64,000 bases of DNA from Deltaproteobacteria bacterium. Its GTDB lineage: Bacteria > Desulfobacterota > Syntrophia > Syntrophales > UBA6807. Positions 1-9,010 of the stretch are shown one piece after another (within the stretch, counting starts at the first letter, position 1; every line of letters begins with the position of its first letter). The stretch lies in contig JAFGQS010000110.1 in the NCBI GenBank assembly GCA_016935565.1, positions 27,532 to 91,531 of the forward strand, read 5' to 3'. The notes under the pieces are model-generated. The model was given only the letters and a program-made list of their open reading frames with translations, was not told the origin of the DNA and ran no database searches. A program made the translations under genes and the position numbers.

Positions 1-48
1 ACCCCTATTATATTTCTGATCATATGCCCTCGTGATACTGTCATTTCC

Positions 49-831
49 TTACCTCTTGAGGTTATTGATCATCTGCAGCATGTTATCTGCCGTTTGAATT
101 GCCTTGGAATTAATTTCATATGCTCTCTGGCCCACAATCATCTTGACCATTTCGTCGACGACTTTCACGTTTGACATCTCGAGGAAATGCTGTGAGATGG
201 TACCCATGCCTTCCTCGCCGGGATTCCCCGTTATGGCTTCACCGGATCCTTCCGTCGCATCAAACATATTTCTCCCGATGCTGCTCAGACCTGCGGGATT
301 AACAAACTTTGCCAGTTCAATCCGACCACTCGACAGGGTAGTACCGGTTCCGTCAGCAGCTGTCCATGTTCCTCCACTGTCGATGGTAAAGTGAACCGTC
401 TCCTGAGGAAGAGTTACTTCGGGCGTTAATTTATATCCTTCGGCAGTGCAGAGGTTGCCATCCTTGTCGATCTTGAAACTGCCAGCTCGAGTAAATACTG
501 TGCGATCATCGTAGGTAATTTGAAAGAAACCATCTCCTTCGATGGCCCAGTCCAGATCATTTTCAGTCTGTTGATAGTCTCCCTGGGAAAACAGTTTTTG
601 AGTGGCCACCGGTTTCACCCCCATACCGATTTCAGTGCCGATGGGCAGTTGATTCCCTTCTGTTGTCTCCGCACCCGCTTTCGTGAACACCTGGTACATG
701 AGATCCTGGAAATCAGCTCGCGATTTTTTGAATCCAACCGTATTTATATTAGCCAGATTATTGGCAATAACATCCTGATTGAGTTGCTGTGCCTCCATTC
801 CGGTAGCCGCTGTCCATAACGCTCTTATCAT
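49..831 (-). CDS. flgG: Flagellar distal rod protein FlgG
   Basis: 260 aa. N-terminus MIRALWTAATGMEAQQLNQDVIANNLANINTVGFKK and C-terminus QRAYEINSKAIQTADNMLQ are the canonical rod/hook family termini. Length is typical of FlgG. Confidence 0.95.
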   Translation of the reverse strand: MIRALWTAATGMEAQQLNQDVIANNLANINTVGFKKSRADFQDLMYQVFTKAGAETTEGNQLPIGTEIGMGVKPVATQKLFSQGDYQQTENDLDWAIEGDGFFQITYDDRTVFTRAGSFKIDKDGNLCTAEGYKLTPEVTLPQETVHFTIDSGGTWTAADGTGTTLSSGRIELAKFVNPAGLSSIGRNMFDATEGSGEAITGNPGEEGMGTISQHFLEMSNVKVVDEMVKMIVGQRAYEINSKAIQTADNMLQMINNLKR

Positions 832-869
832 CGTATTCCTCCCTCGTGACTTTGCTTTTTCTTCGGTAT

Positions 870-1589
870 TTATAACTTGCCGATACGATTCGTTGACAGT
901 TTATCCTGTTCCTGTAGCGTTTGCATCACCTTCTGATACAACTCAAAGGAACGGTTGACGTTAATCATGTCAACCATTTCTTCCACAGCTTTCACATTGG
1001 AAAGTTCGAGATATCCTGATTGAATTTCATAGTCTTTCCCCATTTGCAGTTGAGCTGCATCTTCGGGATTGCGAAAAAGGCCTTTTCCCTGTTTGACAAG
1101 TTCGCTCGGTTTGCCGAAGTCGACGATCTTCAACACGCCTATTTCACTCCCGTCAACTTTGATCGAACCATTCTCGTCGATTTCAATTTCAACATTATCC
1201 CCCGGAATCGTGATCACACCCGATGTGCCGAGAACATAATCTCCTTCCCCGGTCACCAGGTTTTTGTCCGTGTCGAGAGTAAATTTCCCGTCCCGAGTAT
1301 AGGCTTCACCTTCTTTTGTCTGAACGGCAAAAAATCCCTTTCCATCGATAGCCAGATCCAATGTATTGCTTGTTTTTTGAATAACTCCCTGAGAATAATC
1401 TATCGTTCGTATCGCACTCTCCAGAGGTCGTTCAGCATTGTAGAGATCATCGGGATCCTTTTCCAAAAAAAAGGCTCTTTCCGCCTTGAAACCGCTTGTA
1501 TTAACATTTGCGATATTATTGGTTATAGAATCGAGTCTATTGATCTGCCGTATACATTCTCTCGACATCGCGTTCAGTGCCCTAATCAT
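870..1589 (-). CDS. flgF: Flagellar proximal rod protein, FlgF type
   Basis: Rod-family N-terminus (ITNNIANVNTSGFK) and C-terminus (NRSFELYQKVMQT), about 240 aa, directly upstream of flgG. The ORF track starts at 1598. I prefer the ATG at 1589 (MIRALNAM...) because GGTGGA lies 8 nt upstream. Confidence 0.85.
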   Translation of the reverse strand: MIRALNAMSRECIRQINRLDSITNNIANVNTSGFKAERAFFLEKDPDDLYNAERPLESAIRTIDYSQGVIQKTSNTLDLAIDGKGFFAVQTKEGEAYTRDGKFTLDTDKNLVTGEGDYVLGTSGVITIPGDNVEIEIDENGSIKVDGSEIGVLKIVDFGKPSELVKQGKGLFRNPEDAAQLQMGKDYEIQSGYLELSNVKAVEEMVDMINVNRSFELYQKVMQTLQEQDKLSTNRIGKL

Positions 1590-1624
1590 GTGTTCCATCC
1601 ACCACGTTTTTTATCCTAAAGATA

Positions 1625-1640
1625 AGCAAGTTACATGCCA
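1625..1640 (-). promoter_or_regulatory. Sigma54 (-24/-12) promoter candidate for flgF-flgG
   Basis: The reverse complement reads TGGCATGTAACTTGCT. The consensus is TGGCACG-N4-TTGCW. GG and GC are at the exact 10-nt spacing, about 25-35 nt upstream of the flgF start. Confidence 0.6.
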
Positions 1641-1968
1641 GGATTAAAGGTTTAATGATATAGTCTCAAGGCCAAAAACTGAAGCTAGGTTTATAGTTCC
1701 TTAAAAAGTTATAAAACGCTCTCTCAAGCAAGGTACGATGGCAAGGATAATTCTGAATGCTAGGTTATTCTAATTAGTTACGTCCTTTCCTTTTGTTCCT
1801 TCCTGCTGGTGGAGAGAACTCTCAACACTATACGGAACCATCAATTATCTAAATTAGCACTTTACCATTATTGATTGGTGGGGAAATGTGATCCAGGGTT
1901 TTTCTTTTTTCCAAAAGGAGCAGATTTATGGGTAGGCAGTTTTTGTTCACGGGGAAAAATTTTCCCGA

Positions 1969-2268
1969 TCAGCTGACCGATTGTCTTTCCCGGTATCGCT
2001 CATTGAGTGAATAAATAAAGGCAAGGATCTCAGCAACAGCCTTATATAACTCCGGTGGAATCTGTTCATCAATATTAAGCCGGCTTAAAATCTGAACAAG
2101 GGCGGGGTCTTTTTTTACCGGTACACCGTGTTTCGCTGCAAGATCGAGGATTTTTTGGGCAATGATACCTCTCCCCTTAGCAGTAACTCTGGGAGCCGCA
2201 TCCTTTTGACTATTATACTCTATGGCGGCAGCAACGGTAGCCTCTTTTTTTTCTTTGGTTTTGTTCAT
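1969..2268 (-). CDS. Stand-alone FlhB C-terminal domain protein (YlqH-like EscU/YscU/HrcU-family fragment)
   Basis: 99 aa that align colinearly with the post-cleavage C-terminal domain of the resident FlhB. Shared blocks include AKGRG, NVP/GVP and LYKAVAE[VI]LAF[VI]Y. There is no transmembrane region and no NPTH motif. Confidence 0.8.
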   Translation of the reverse strand: MNKTKEKKEATVAAAIEYNSQKDAAPRVTAKGRGIIAQKILDLAAKHGVPVKKDPALVQILSRLNIDEQIPPELYKAVAEILAFIYSLNERYRERQSVS

Positions 2269-2317
2269 ATGAACACCTCACCATCAAAAAGGGGGCATTA
2301 GAAACATGTTGTCAATG

Positions 2318-3460
2318 TTAGACAACAACATCCACTCCCTCCCGATCATACAAGGTATCAACTCTTTCATGCTCAATCTTCTTTATCATGGAAATATCTG
2401 TTTCCGTAACACACGTCAGATGATCAACATCATATCCTAATGCCACCAGTTTCTCCTCAAGTTCCTGAAGAAAGGGAACAACAAACGCGCGAATTTCTTC
2501 CCGACTGCACCTGACAACACATCCCATCTTGTTCATATCAATCGTTGCCTCAACAACGATGTCACCAAGGGCATCCATGTTCAACAGGAACAGGACTCTT
2601 TGTTGTTTTTTCCGTTCTCCCCTGTTCGAATCCGTATTATCAAATTTTACATAAATTTCAGCCAAACCCAACTGTTCCGGAAATAATACGGGAATCTGGA
2701 ACATATACTCATTCTCACTCTCCCGAAGAAGCACGTTGACAACCTGGTGGGCTTCGATGGTTTTGAGCGATGAATTGATAAACTGTGAAAGCCTCTCCGC
2801 TCCGGGATGTCCGGCATTCATCGACAACATCTTTACCTTGTCAGATATTTTGGTGAGAATACCCTTTATGTTGTCGGAAGCACGCGCTACGTTGTTAGCC
2901 CTGCCAAACTTCTTTTCGAGCGCTTCAGCCAATTCCTTTTCCATCAGATATCCAAGGTTATATATATAATTTTTAAAAAATCCGTCGTTTAAACTCCCTT
3001 TGGACATTGTCATCGTTTGGATGAGTTTCTGTAGAGTCTCAATATCTTCTTTTCCCAGAAGTGTCGTAAGTTCTGCGAGATTTTCCGGACTGAATCGTCC
3101 GCGCCCTTCCACAAACATATCCAGGAGTGCCTTTGGATTAGTATTGATATATTTCACAAAATCTTTGAATTTTACACTTTCCGATTTCTCATTCTGTAGA
3201 ACACGAAGAATGACACGGGGAGATAACTGCTCGACACGGAGTGATCTTTTTTCACCGATTCGAAGGGGTATTTCGGAATCCGCCGAGATACTCCTGTTTT
3301 TGAAGGAAATCAAAAAAGTTCTCTCGCCTTGCCTTTCTACAATCTCAGCTTCTACGATTTCTCCGACACTGAGAGGCGGCAACGAGTCTATTTTCTTTTG
3401 AAGATGTAAGAAATGATTTATATTTCGAGACACTGAGGAAGGGGTTATTAACGAAGACAT
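2318..3460 (-). CDS. Hypothetical protein with a FliK-C-terminal-like (hook-length-control-like) region
   Basis: 380 aa. The C-terminal third (LGLAEIYVKFDN...VLFLLNMDALGDIVVEATID...EEIRAFVVPFLQELEEKLVALGY) follows the beta-rich pattern of Flg_hook domains. It overlaps the upstream gene by 1 nt and sits next to the FlhB-C-only gene. The family call is from pattern recognition only. Confidence 0.45.
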   Translation of the reverse strand: MSSLITPSSVSRNINHFLHLQKKIDSLPPLSVGEIVEAEIVERQGERTFLISFKNRSISADSEIPLRIGEKRSLRVEQLSPRVILRVLQNEKSESVKFKDFVKYINTNPKALLDMFVEGRGRFSPENLAELTTLLGKEDIETLQKLIQTMTMSKGSLNDGFFKNYIYNLGYLMEKELAEALEKKFGRANNVARASDNIKGILTKISDKVKMLSMNAGHPGAERLSQFINSSLKTIEAHQVVNVLLRESENEYMFQIPVLFPEQLGLAEIYVKFDNTDSNRGERKKQQRVLFLLNMDALGDIVVEATIDMNKMGCVVRCSREEIRAFVVPFLQELEEKLVALGYDVDHLTCVTETDISMIKKIEHERVDTLYDREGVDVVV

Positions 3461-3936
3461 CAGCTGTTCTCATTCTTCTTGCGATTGAGTCCTATGATAA
3501 GATTAATCTCTCCCTCTGTTATGTTTAACGCGTGCGCAATATCTTTTGTCTCAACGCCCCGCTCGGCCATTGTTATAACCTGTTCATATTCTTTCCAACG
3601 ACCGTCATTATTGTCCGTCATCGACTCATAAGAGCTCATCTTTGGGAAATTGCCGGGTGAATCTTCCGTGACGAGCTTCAGTCTTTTTTCCTTTTCGTCC
3701 AACGCATACGCGACTTCTTTAAGAGATCTCCTACCTTCGTCTAACGTTTGTAACAGATAATCGGCGGAGCGCCTTGATTCCTCAATCAATGATTTAAATT
3801 CGTCCAGTGCTGCTGGATCTACACCACTGTTTCTCTTTTTTATTTCTTTGGTTACTATAACAAGAAGAAATACAATAGCAATGCACAATATTACATCGGC
3901 AACGATTTGAATGCCTAACATCAACTCTAAGTTCAT
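3460..3936 (-). CDS. Membrane-anchored hypothetical protein with a C-terminal HTH-like motif (DUF2802-like)
   Basis: 158 aa. N-terminal transmembrane helix (IVADVILCIAIVFLLVIV), a coiled-coil middle, and a C-terminus MAERGVETKDIAHALNITEGEINLIIGL that resembles the short HTH tail of flagellar-cluster DUF2802 proteins. Confidence 0.35.
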   Translation of the reverse strand: MNLELMLGIQIVADVILCIAIVFLLVIVTKEIKKRNSGVDPAALDEFKSLIEESRRSADYLLQTLDEGRRSLKEVAYALDEKEKRLKLVTEDSPGNFPKMSSYESMTDNNDGRWKEYEQVITMAERGVETKDIAHALNITEGEINLIIGLNRKKNENS

Positions 3937-3937
3937 T

Positions 3938-4258
3938 TTATACCTTTATATCTACCTTTCCACCAAGTTCATCAACTGATCGCTCACTGTCACCATCATC
4001 AGTGCCTTGAACATCACTACCGGTTGTTCGTTTTCCGTGCTTTTCCTCTCTTTTACCGCGCCGTTCCTCCTCTCTAATCAAGACATACTCGAGTTCTTCC
4101 GATTGTTGAACTTTTTCTTTTACTTCCTTTTTTTCCTTACTTAACTGATCTTCAAAATATCGCTGCTGGACATCAGGATGCTGTTGTTGAACCTGTTGAA
4201 CACGTTCAATCGAATTCAGCTGCAGTAAAACCTGTTGTATATCGACCGACCTGACCAT
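3938..4258 (-). CDS. Hypothetical Gln/Glu/Lys-rich protein, first gene of the accessory operon
   Basis: 106-aa ORF. It is tightly packed with the next gene (1-nt gap) and preceded by a sigma28-like promoter. I recognise no family. Confidence 0.4.
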   Translation of the reverse strand: MVRSVDIQQVLLQLNSIERVQQVQQQHPDVQQRYFEDQLSKEKKEVKEKVQQSEELEYVLIREEERRGKREEKHGKRTTGSDVQGTDDGDSERSVDELGGKVDIKV

Positions 4259-4339
4259 AACTTTTGATCCCCTTTACAATAATAAAACAGGGGCAAACGA
4301 ATAGCACTCGTTGCTGTATAACAGCGATCTTTCTCTATG

Positions 4340-4368
4340 TTATCGTCACAACTCCTTATGATCTTTAA
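4340..4368 (-). promoter_or_regulatory. Sigma28 (FliA)-type promoter candidate
   Basis: The reverse complement reads TTAAAGATCATAAGGAGTTGTGACGATAA. This is TAAA-N16-GACGATAA against the consensus TAAA-N15-GCCGATAA. It lies about 70-80 nt upstream of the ATG at 4258. Confidence 0.5.
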
Positions 4369-4420
4369 TATATCAAATCTCCGGTTGAATAGTCGGTCAA
4401 TTTCATTTTCCATTTATCAC

Positions 4421-5239
4421 TCAATAAGGTATCCGCGCTGAAATAACATTAAATCCCGCTCCTTCTTCACACTGAAAGTGAACATTATACTTTTTCAAAA
4501 GAGATACGGCATTGAATAAATCCCTGTCCACGTTTGTTTCATCATATGATTTACCGAAATTATCCCAGTTTTGTATTAATTCTTTCTCGTCATCATTGAG
4601 TGAATGCACACTGGTATTTTCAATTCTGACACATACATGAGTTGCATCTGATGTTGTTGAAACGATTAACACCTTTATCTCGCTATCTCTCATAGAATTC
4701 ATAGCATGCCTGATGAGTGTCGATAATGCGATTGAATAATCTGCAGGCGATCCCGTTACCTCTGGGATTCCATCGTCCAACAAAATATTCTTCTTTACCT
4801 GATGTTTAAAATCCAGATAAAAATCAAAGAACGCTAGTTCAGTCTTAATAAGTTCCGACAGGTTAATTTTTCGTACCGTTGTGTCACTGAGCCGGTAAAA
4901 TTTCCCAGCAACATCATTGAATAAATTAAAAAGTCTATCCGTTTCATTCGCTATCAGAACAACATCATCAATGATTTTCTTACAGTCTCGCAACATTTCT
5001 TCATTTAACTCAACGTATTCGCTTATGTTCTCAAGGTTTTTTGTCGCCCGTCGTTGGAGTAGTCTGGAACGGCCCATAATCCCGTTTAATGGATTGGCGA
5101 AGTTATGGAGAATGCCCGGTATAAGTTCTGTGGCAAAGCTAGCTTCAAATTCCTTCATCATTTCTTTAAAAGTATCTCGTTCTTCCGTGCCCCCCTGTCC
5201 TGACATGACCCAACTCCCCTCTTTTGCTATCCATTGCAA
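4421..5239 (-). CDS. Orphan cytoplasmic histidine-kinase-like protein with a degenerate ATP-binding G1 box
   Basis: 272 aa. H-box-like ILHNFANPLNGIMGRSRLL and N-box-like LIRHAMNSM are present. Where DxGxG is expected the sequence is VRIENTSV. A G2-like EEGAGFNV is present. No transmembrane, PAS or receiver domain is visible. Confidence 0.6.
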   Translation of the reverse strand: MQWIAKEGSWVMSGQGGTEERDTFKEMMKEFEASFATELIPGILHNFANPLNGIMGRSRLLQRRATKNLENISEYVELNEEMLRDCKKIIDDVVLIANETDRLFNLFNDVAGKFYRLSDTTVRKINLSELIKTELAFFDFYLDFKHQVKKNILLDDGIPEVTGSPADYSIALSTLIRHAMNSMRDSEIKVLIVSTTSDATHVCVRIENTSVHSLNDDEKELIQNWDNFGKSYDETNVDRDLFNAVSLLKKYNVHFQCEEGAGFNVISARIPY

Positions 5240-5244
5240 TGCGA

Positions 5245-5550
5245 CTATTGTCTTGTATCAATAATGATATTCTCCAACATCTTCCATGCCCGCTTTACGT
5301 TTTCATCTTCAGTACCATCCGATTTATTATCAAGCGATGAAACGTCTGTTGAATAAATAATATGCTCATTTCCTTCATCATCTTTGATCTTGCGAGGAAA
5401 TTTCTTTTCCTGTTTTAACATAATTTGAATGGTCTCATCACTGACTCCTGCTTTCTTCAGTTGAATAATCTGTTCCGCCGTCAAGGCAAAACTTGAAGAT
5501 ACGAAACAAAACACGAAAGCAACGATATAGATAAAACAGATTTTCTTCAT
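5245..5550 (-). CDS. Small secreted hypothetical protein
   Basis: Start moved to the ATG at 5550 (MKKICFIYIVAFVFCFVSSSFA signal peptide), which is preceded by AAAGGGGGGAAA. The ORF track starts at 5592. Confidence 0.5.
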   Translation of the reverse strand: MKKICFIYIVAFVFCFVSSSFALTAEQIIQLKKAGVSDETIQIMLKQEKKFPRKIKDDEGNEHIIYSTDVSSLDNKSDGTEDENVKRAWKMLENIIIDTRQ

Positions 5551-5652
5551 TTTCCCCCCTTTCAAAACAGAAAATACAGGGCGGTATAACAATATTGATT
5601 CTCTTCTTCCGATACCGATACCATGGCATCCATTACATATCCCGCATCGGTA

Positions 5653-6177
5653 CTATAATAAAATAAATTTTGTAATATACACATCGGTTATGACGTCGTT
5701 TCCCATAAATCTATTCAGTTTCTCTTTAATTTCTTTTTTTAATCGCTCTCTGGCATTAAGTAAAGAGGAGAAATGTATTCTCAGTTCCTTTGATATTCTA
5801 TATATGATTTTTCGTAATTCGAACCTGTCCTGTGTCAACTTCGTCCCTGGCCTCAGCTCCAAGACAACGTTGCAGACAAGAACACCACTGCTCGTATCAT
5901 CTTTGACATAAATAATAAATTCCTTAAAATACTCGAATGAGGCTTGCGGTAACGTCACTTTCTGCACATGAATGTGCTCTTGCCTTGCTTTCCCTGATAT
6001 GAGATCCTCTGTACCCGAACGTACATCCCTATCCTCGCCGATGTCTGCACTACCAACGGTTGTTTTACCGAGACAACCAAAACCCACTAATATCATAATC
6101 ATCAGACACATCGGCATGACTCGTCCTGTGATATGAAAAACTGCTGTCGGTGAAAATCCAAAATGTCTTGACTTCAT
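5653..6177 (-). CDS. FliL-like paralogue, probable lipoprotein or membrane-anchored
   Basis: The C-terminal half (FKEFIIYVKDD...VVLELRPG...RERLKKEIKEKLNRFMGNDVITDVYITKFILL) parallels the bona fide FliL in this window (...LRDEIAMRVNSYLTKGRIKYVYFTEFVIQ). The N-terminus carries a hydrophobic segment ending in GFGC. Confidence 0.55.
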   Translation of the reverse strand: MKSRHFGFSPTAVFHITGRVMPMCLMIMILVGFGCLGKTTVGSADIGEDRDVRSGTEDLISGKARQEHIHVQKVTLPQASFEYFKEFIIYVKDDTSSGVLVCNVVLELRPGTKLTQDRFELRKIIYRISKELRIHFSSLLNARERLKKEIKEKLNRFMGNDVITDVYITKFILL

Positions 6178-6210
6178 GCGCTACCTCTGGATTCGCTAAA
6201 ATCGCTGCTC

Positions 6211-6948
6211 TTATGATAAATCTCCGTTGTGATGTAAGTCTTTTAAAATACCCCTCAGTTTCAGAACTGCCTGAGAATGGATCTGACATATTCTTGACTC
6301 CGTCAATTCCAGGACCATACCGATTTCTCTGAGCGTTAGCTCTTCATAATAGTATAATGACAGGACCATTCTTTCTTTCTCAGGTAAAGCATCGATAGCA
6401 TTCTTGAGTTCCCTTTTTAATTCATTACTGGTTATAAGGGAAAATGGATCATTCTCATCAATCTTTTTCAGTACATCATAGTGGCCATACTTTTCACAAT
6501 AATTTGGTGGAAGATCATCACTGCTGAGAATGGAAATACTCTTTGCATCATCAAGCATTTTATAATAATCATCAAGCGATATACCAAGATAGTCGGAAAT
6601 CTCTTCAACCGTTGGCTGTCGTCCCAATTCTTTCTGTAATGATGTCAACGTATTCACCAGTTTCGCATCCTTGTTCCGAGCAGATCGGGACAGATTATCC
6701 CGCGATCTCAGTTCATCCAGTATAGCTCCACGAATTCTGAACCTGGCATACGTTTCAAATTTAACATTCCTCTCTTTATCGAACCGCTCCAATGCTGAAA
6801 TCAACCCTATGATACCCACATTAATCAGGTCTTCCTTATCAATGTGATCGGGTAATCTCATGGCAAACCTCTCCACAATATTCTTAACGAGAGGTGCATA
6901 CTTCATTATCTGTTGGTCGCGTTTTCGTTTATTTACCATCTCGATCAA
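6211..6948 (-). CDS. fliA: RNA polymerase sigma factor FliA (sigma28)
   Basis: 245 aa. Sigma70-family regions 2, 3 and 4 are recognisable (LINVGIIGLISALERFD, RERMVLSLYYYEELTLREIG). Position immediately after flhF-flhG. Confidence 0.9.
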   Translation of the reverse strand: MIEMVNKRKRDQQIMKYAPLVKNIVERFAMRLPDHIDKEDLINVGIIGLISALERFDKERNVKFETYARFRIRGAILDELRSRDNLSRSARNKDAKLVNTLTSLQKELGRQPTVEEISDYLGISLDDYYKMLDDAKSISILSSDDLPPNYCEKYGHYDVLKKIDENDPFSLITSNELKRELKNAIDALPEKERMVLSLYYYEELTLREIGMVLELTESRICQIHSQAVLKLRGILKDLHHNGDLS

Positions 6949-7828
6949 CGATTGCCTTGCTGAAAAATTTCATCGTTCCGCTTTCGTATGGCCCGGGCCG
7001 TTCCTGACACAGTTTTTTAGCAATTGAAAAGAGGCATCTGGTTGCTTTGGAAGAAGGAAAAATATCGGCCAGCAGGTGTTGCTTTTTCACTGCTTCCGGA
7101 ACGCCATTATCACATGGAACATGTCCTAAATATTCAACGGAAAGATTCAGGAAATGATCTGTCGCATTGCTCAGTTTCCTGAAAACACTTCGCGCCTCAT
7201 TGGAAGTCTTCACCATGTTAACAAGTATCATAAAACGCTTCTCGGAATAGCCTTGATAAAGAATTTTAATCAAGGCATACGCATCTGTCAGGGATGTCGG
7301 CTCAGATGAGACGACAACGATAATTTCTTTCGCAGCCATATTAAAATACATGACATTCCCTGCTATGCCGGCACCGGTGTCAATAAAAACAAAATCCAGG
7401 CGTTCATTCAAATCATTGAGCGCATCCAGCAAGGTAAGCTTTTGTCCCTTTGATAATTCTGCCATTTGCTGAATTCCCGATGCAGACGGCAGAATTTTTA
7501 TACCTCCCGGACCTTGGATAATAACTTCCGACAATGTTTTCTCACCATGGAGAACATGACACAGATTGTACTCAGGTGTGATTCCCAGAAGCACATCTAT
7601 GTTGGCTAAACCGGTGTCTGCGTCAATAAGCAAAATTCTTTTCCCCATCATGGATAAAATATATGAAAAGTTAGCCGCTATGTTTGTTTTACCAACTCCT
7701 CCCTTACCGCTGGTAATAGCAATAACCCGGGTATCCTCATTGCACCCCTTTTGTTCCGGTAAGGGGTTAATCTTAGAAATTTTGTCTTCCATCTTTTTCA
7801 TTTCCCTCAGTACTCCGGCCTGATCCAC
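6929..7828 (-). CDS. flhG: MinD-like ATPase FlhG (FleN/YlxH)
   Basis: Deviant Walker A SGKGGVGKT. N-terminal MDQAGVLR matches the DQAxxLR FlhF-activating motif. Located downstream of flhF. Confidence 0.9.
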   Translation of the reverse strand: MDQAGVLREMKKMEDKISKINPLPEQKGCNEDTRVIAITSGKGGVGKTNIAANFSYILSMMGKRILLIDADTGLANIDVLLGITPEYNLCHVLHGEKTLSEVIIQGPGGIKILPSASGIQQMAELSKGQKLTLLDALNDLNERLDFVFIDTGAGIAGNVMYFNMAAKEIIVVVSSEPTSLTDAYALIKILYQGYSEKRFMILVNMVKTSNEARSVFRKLSNATDHFLNLSVEYLGHVPCDNGVPEAVKKQHLLADIFPSSKATRCLFSIAKKLCQERPGPYESGTMKFFSKAIVDRDGK

Positions 7829-7843
7829 GAAACCACCTCTGCC

Positions 7844-9010
7844 TTAGTTTGATAGAGCGGATAAATTCTTATTTACCCTGTTATTAACGATCAATTGTGC
7901 AAGCTCACCAGGATTAACTCTTTGTATATCTTCGGGGACTCCCTGTCCGTCGGTTATATACCACACAGGTTTCTTCACCCGATCAATGATATTGTACATG
8001 AACCCGAATTTGGTGGAATCATCCAGCTTTGTAAATATAATATTGTCGTAGTCCATAATATTAAATCTCGTCACTGCATCAACCATATTCTCCTTGCTCG
8101 ACGTCATGCTTAAAACAAGATTCGTTTCCACTGGAAGATCCGTTTTCAAATAATTCCTTAATTGAGCCAGATGACCTTCGTCGTTGCGACTCCTCCCGGG
8201 TGTATCAACGAGAATAATGTCTCTGTCGGCAAGTTTGTTTACAATCCTTTTGAACTCTTTGTTGTCGGAAGCAACTTTCATGGGAACATCCATGATACGT
8301 GCATATGTTTTCAGTTGCTCTGCGGCACCGATGCGATAGGTATCCATCGTAATGATACCCACATTCAACTTCTCTTTGAACAAATAATGGGCGGCAAGCT
8401 TTGCCAGCGTTGTCGTTTTCCCTTCACCGGTAGGACCTATAAATGCAGAAATCCTTTTATCATCTGCGGCATGATAAGAAGAAGCAATCGATTTTGATAT
8501 CATACTCTCAAGGATGTTGAGGATGTGATCAAAATCTTTCAGATCTTCAGCCGGATTGCATTTCTTCAATTCTTCAAGGAGCGCACAGGCCTTCCGCTTT
8601 GATATGCCCGTTGAAACCAGATAATAGTAAGCCTGTGAAAGGGGAGAAGAGATTTTTCCGTTTTTACGGATGCCCAAAACATCAAGTAAGCCCCCTACCG
8701 TTTCTTTCAATTCTGTAAGTTCGGTATAAACATCCCTCTCTCTTTTGAAATCTTTGAAGAGAGACCGCAATTCGTTTACATCCGATTTAATAACGGACAA
8801 CATATTGACGGTATCATTCTCCTGCCTCTTATATTCTTGCCCGTCGGGAATTATATAATTATCATCCCTGGCAGCGAGTACCTCAATAAGAGCACTTTTT
8901 TCACCTGTCAATCGCTTTGTAGAAAGTACAATGGCATTTGACCCAAGTTCACTTTTAATTTTAATCATTGCTTCACTAATACTTCTTGCTTCGTATCGTT
9001 TAAGCTGCAT
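7844..9010 (-). CDS. flhF: SRP-type GTPase FlhF
   Basis: 388 aa with GPTGEGKTTT (G1), DTPGR (G3) and TKLD (G4). Located between flhA and flhG. Confidence 0.9.
   Translation of the reverse strand: MQLKRYEARSISEAMIKIKSELGSNAIVLSTKRLTGEKSALIEVLAARDDNYIIPDGQEYKRQENDTVNMLSVIKSDVNELRSLFKDFKRERDVYTELTELKETVGGLLDVLGIRKNGKISSPLSQAYYYLVSTGISKRKACALLEELKKCNPAEDLKDFDHILNILESMISKSIASSYHAADDKRISAFIGPTGEGKTTTLAKLAAHYLFKEKLNVGIITMDTYRIGAAEQLKTYARIMDVPMKVASDNKEFKRIVNKLADRDIILVDTPGRSRNDEGHLAQLRNYLKTDLPVETNLVLSMTSSKENMVDAVTRFNIMDYDNIIFTKLDDSTKFGFMYNIIDRVKKPVWYITDGQGVPEDIQRVNPGELAQLIVNNRVNKNLSALSN

Noticed and set aside
4216-4413. A 65-aa minus-strand ORF between the orphan kinase and the accessory operon.
   Set aside because: It overlaps the start of the 106-aa gene, contains the sigma28-like promoter within it, and has an implausible Cys/Arg/Tyr-rich composition.
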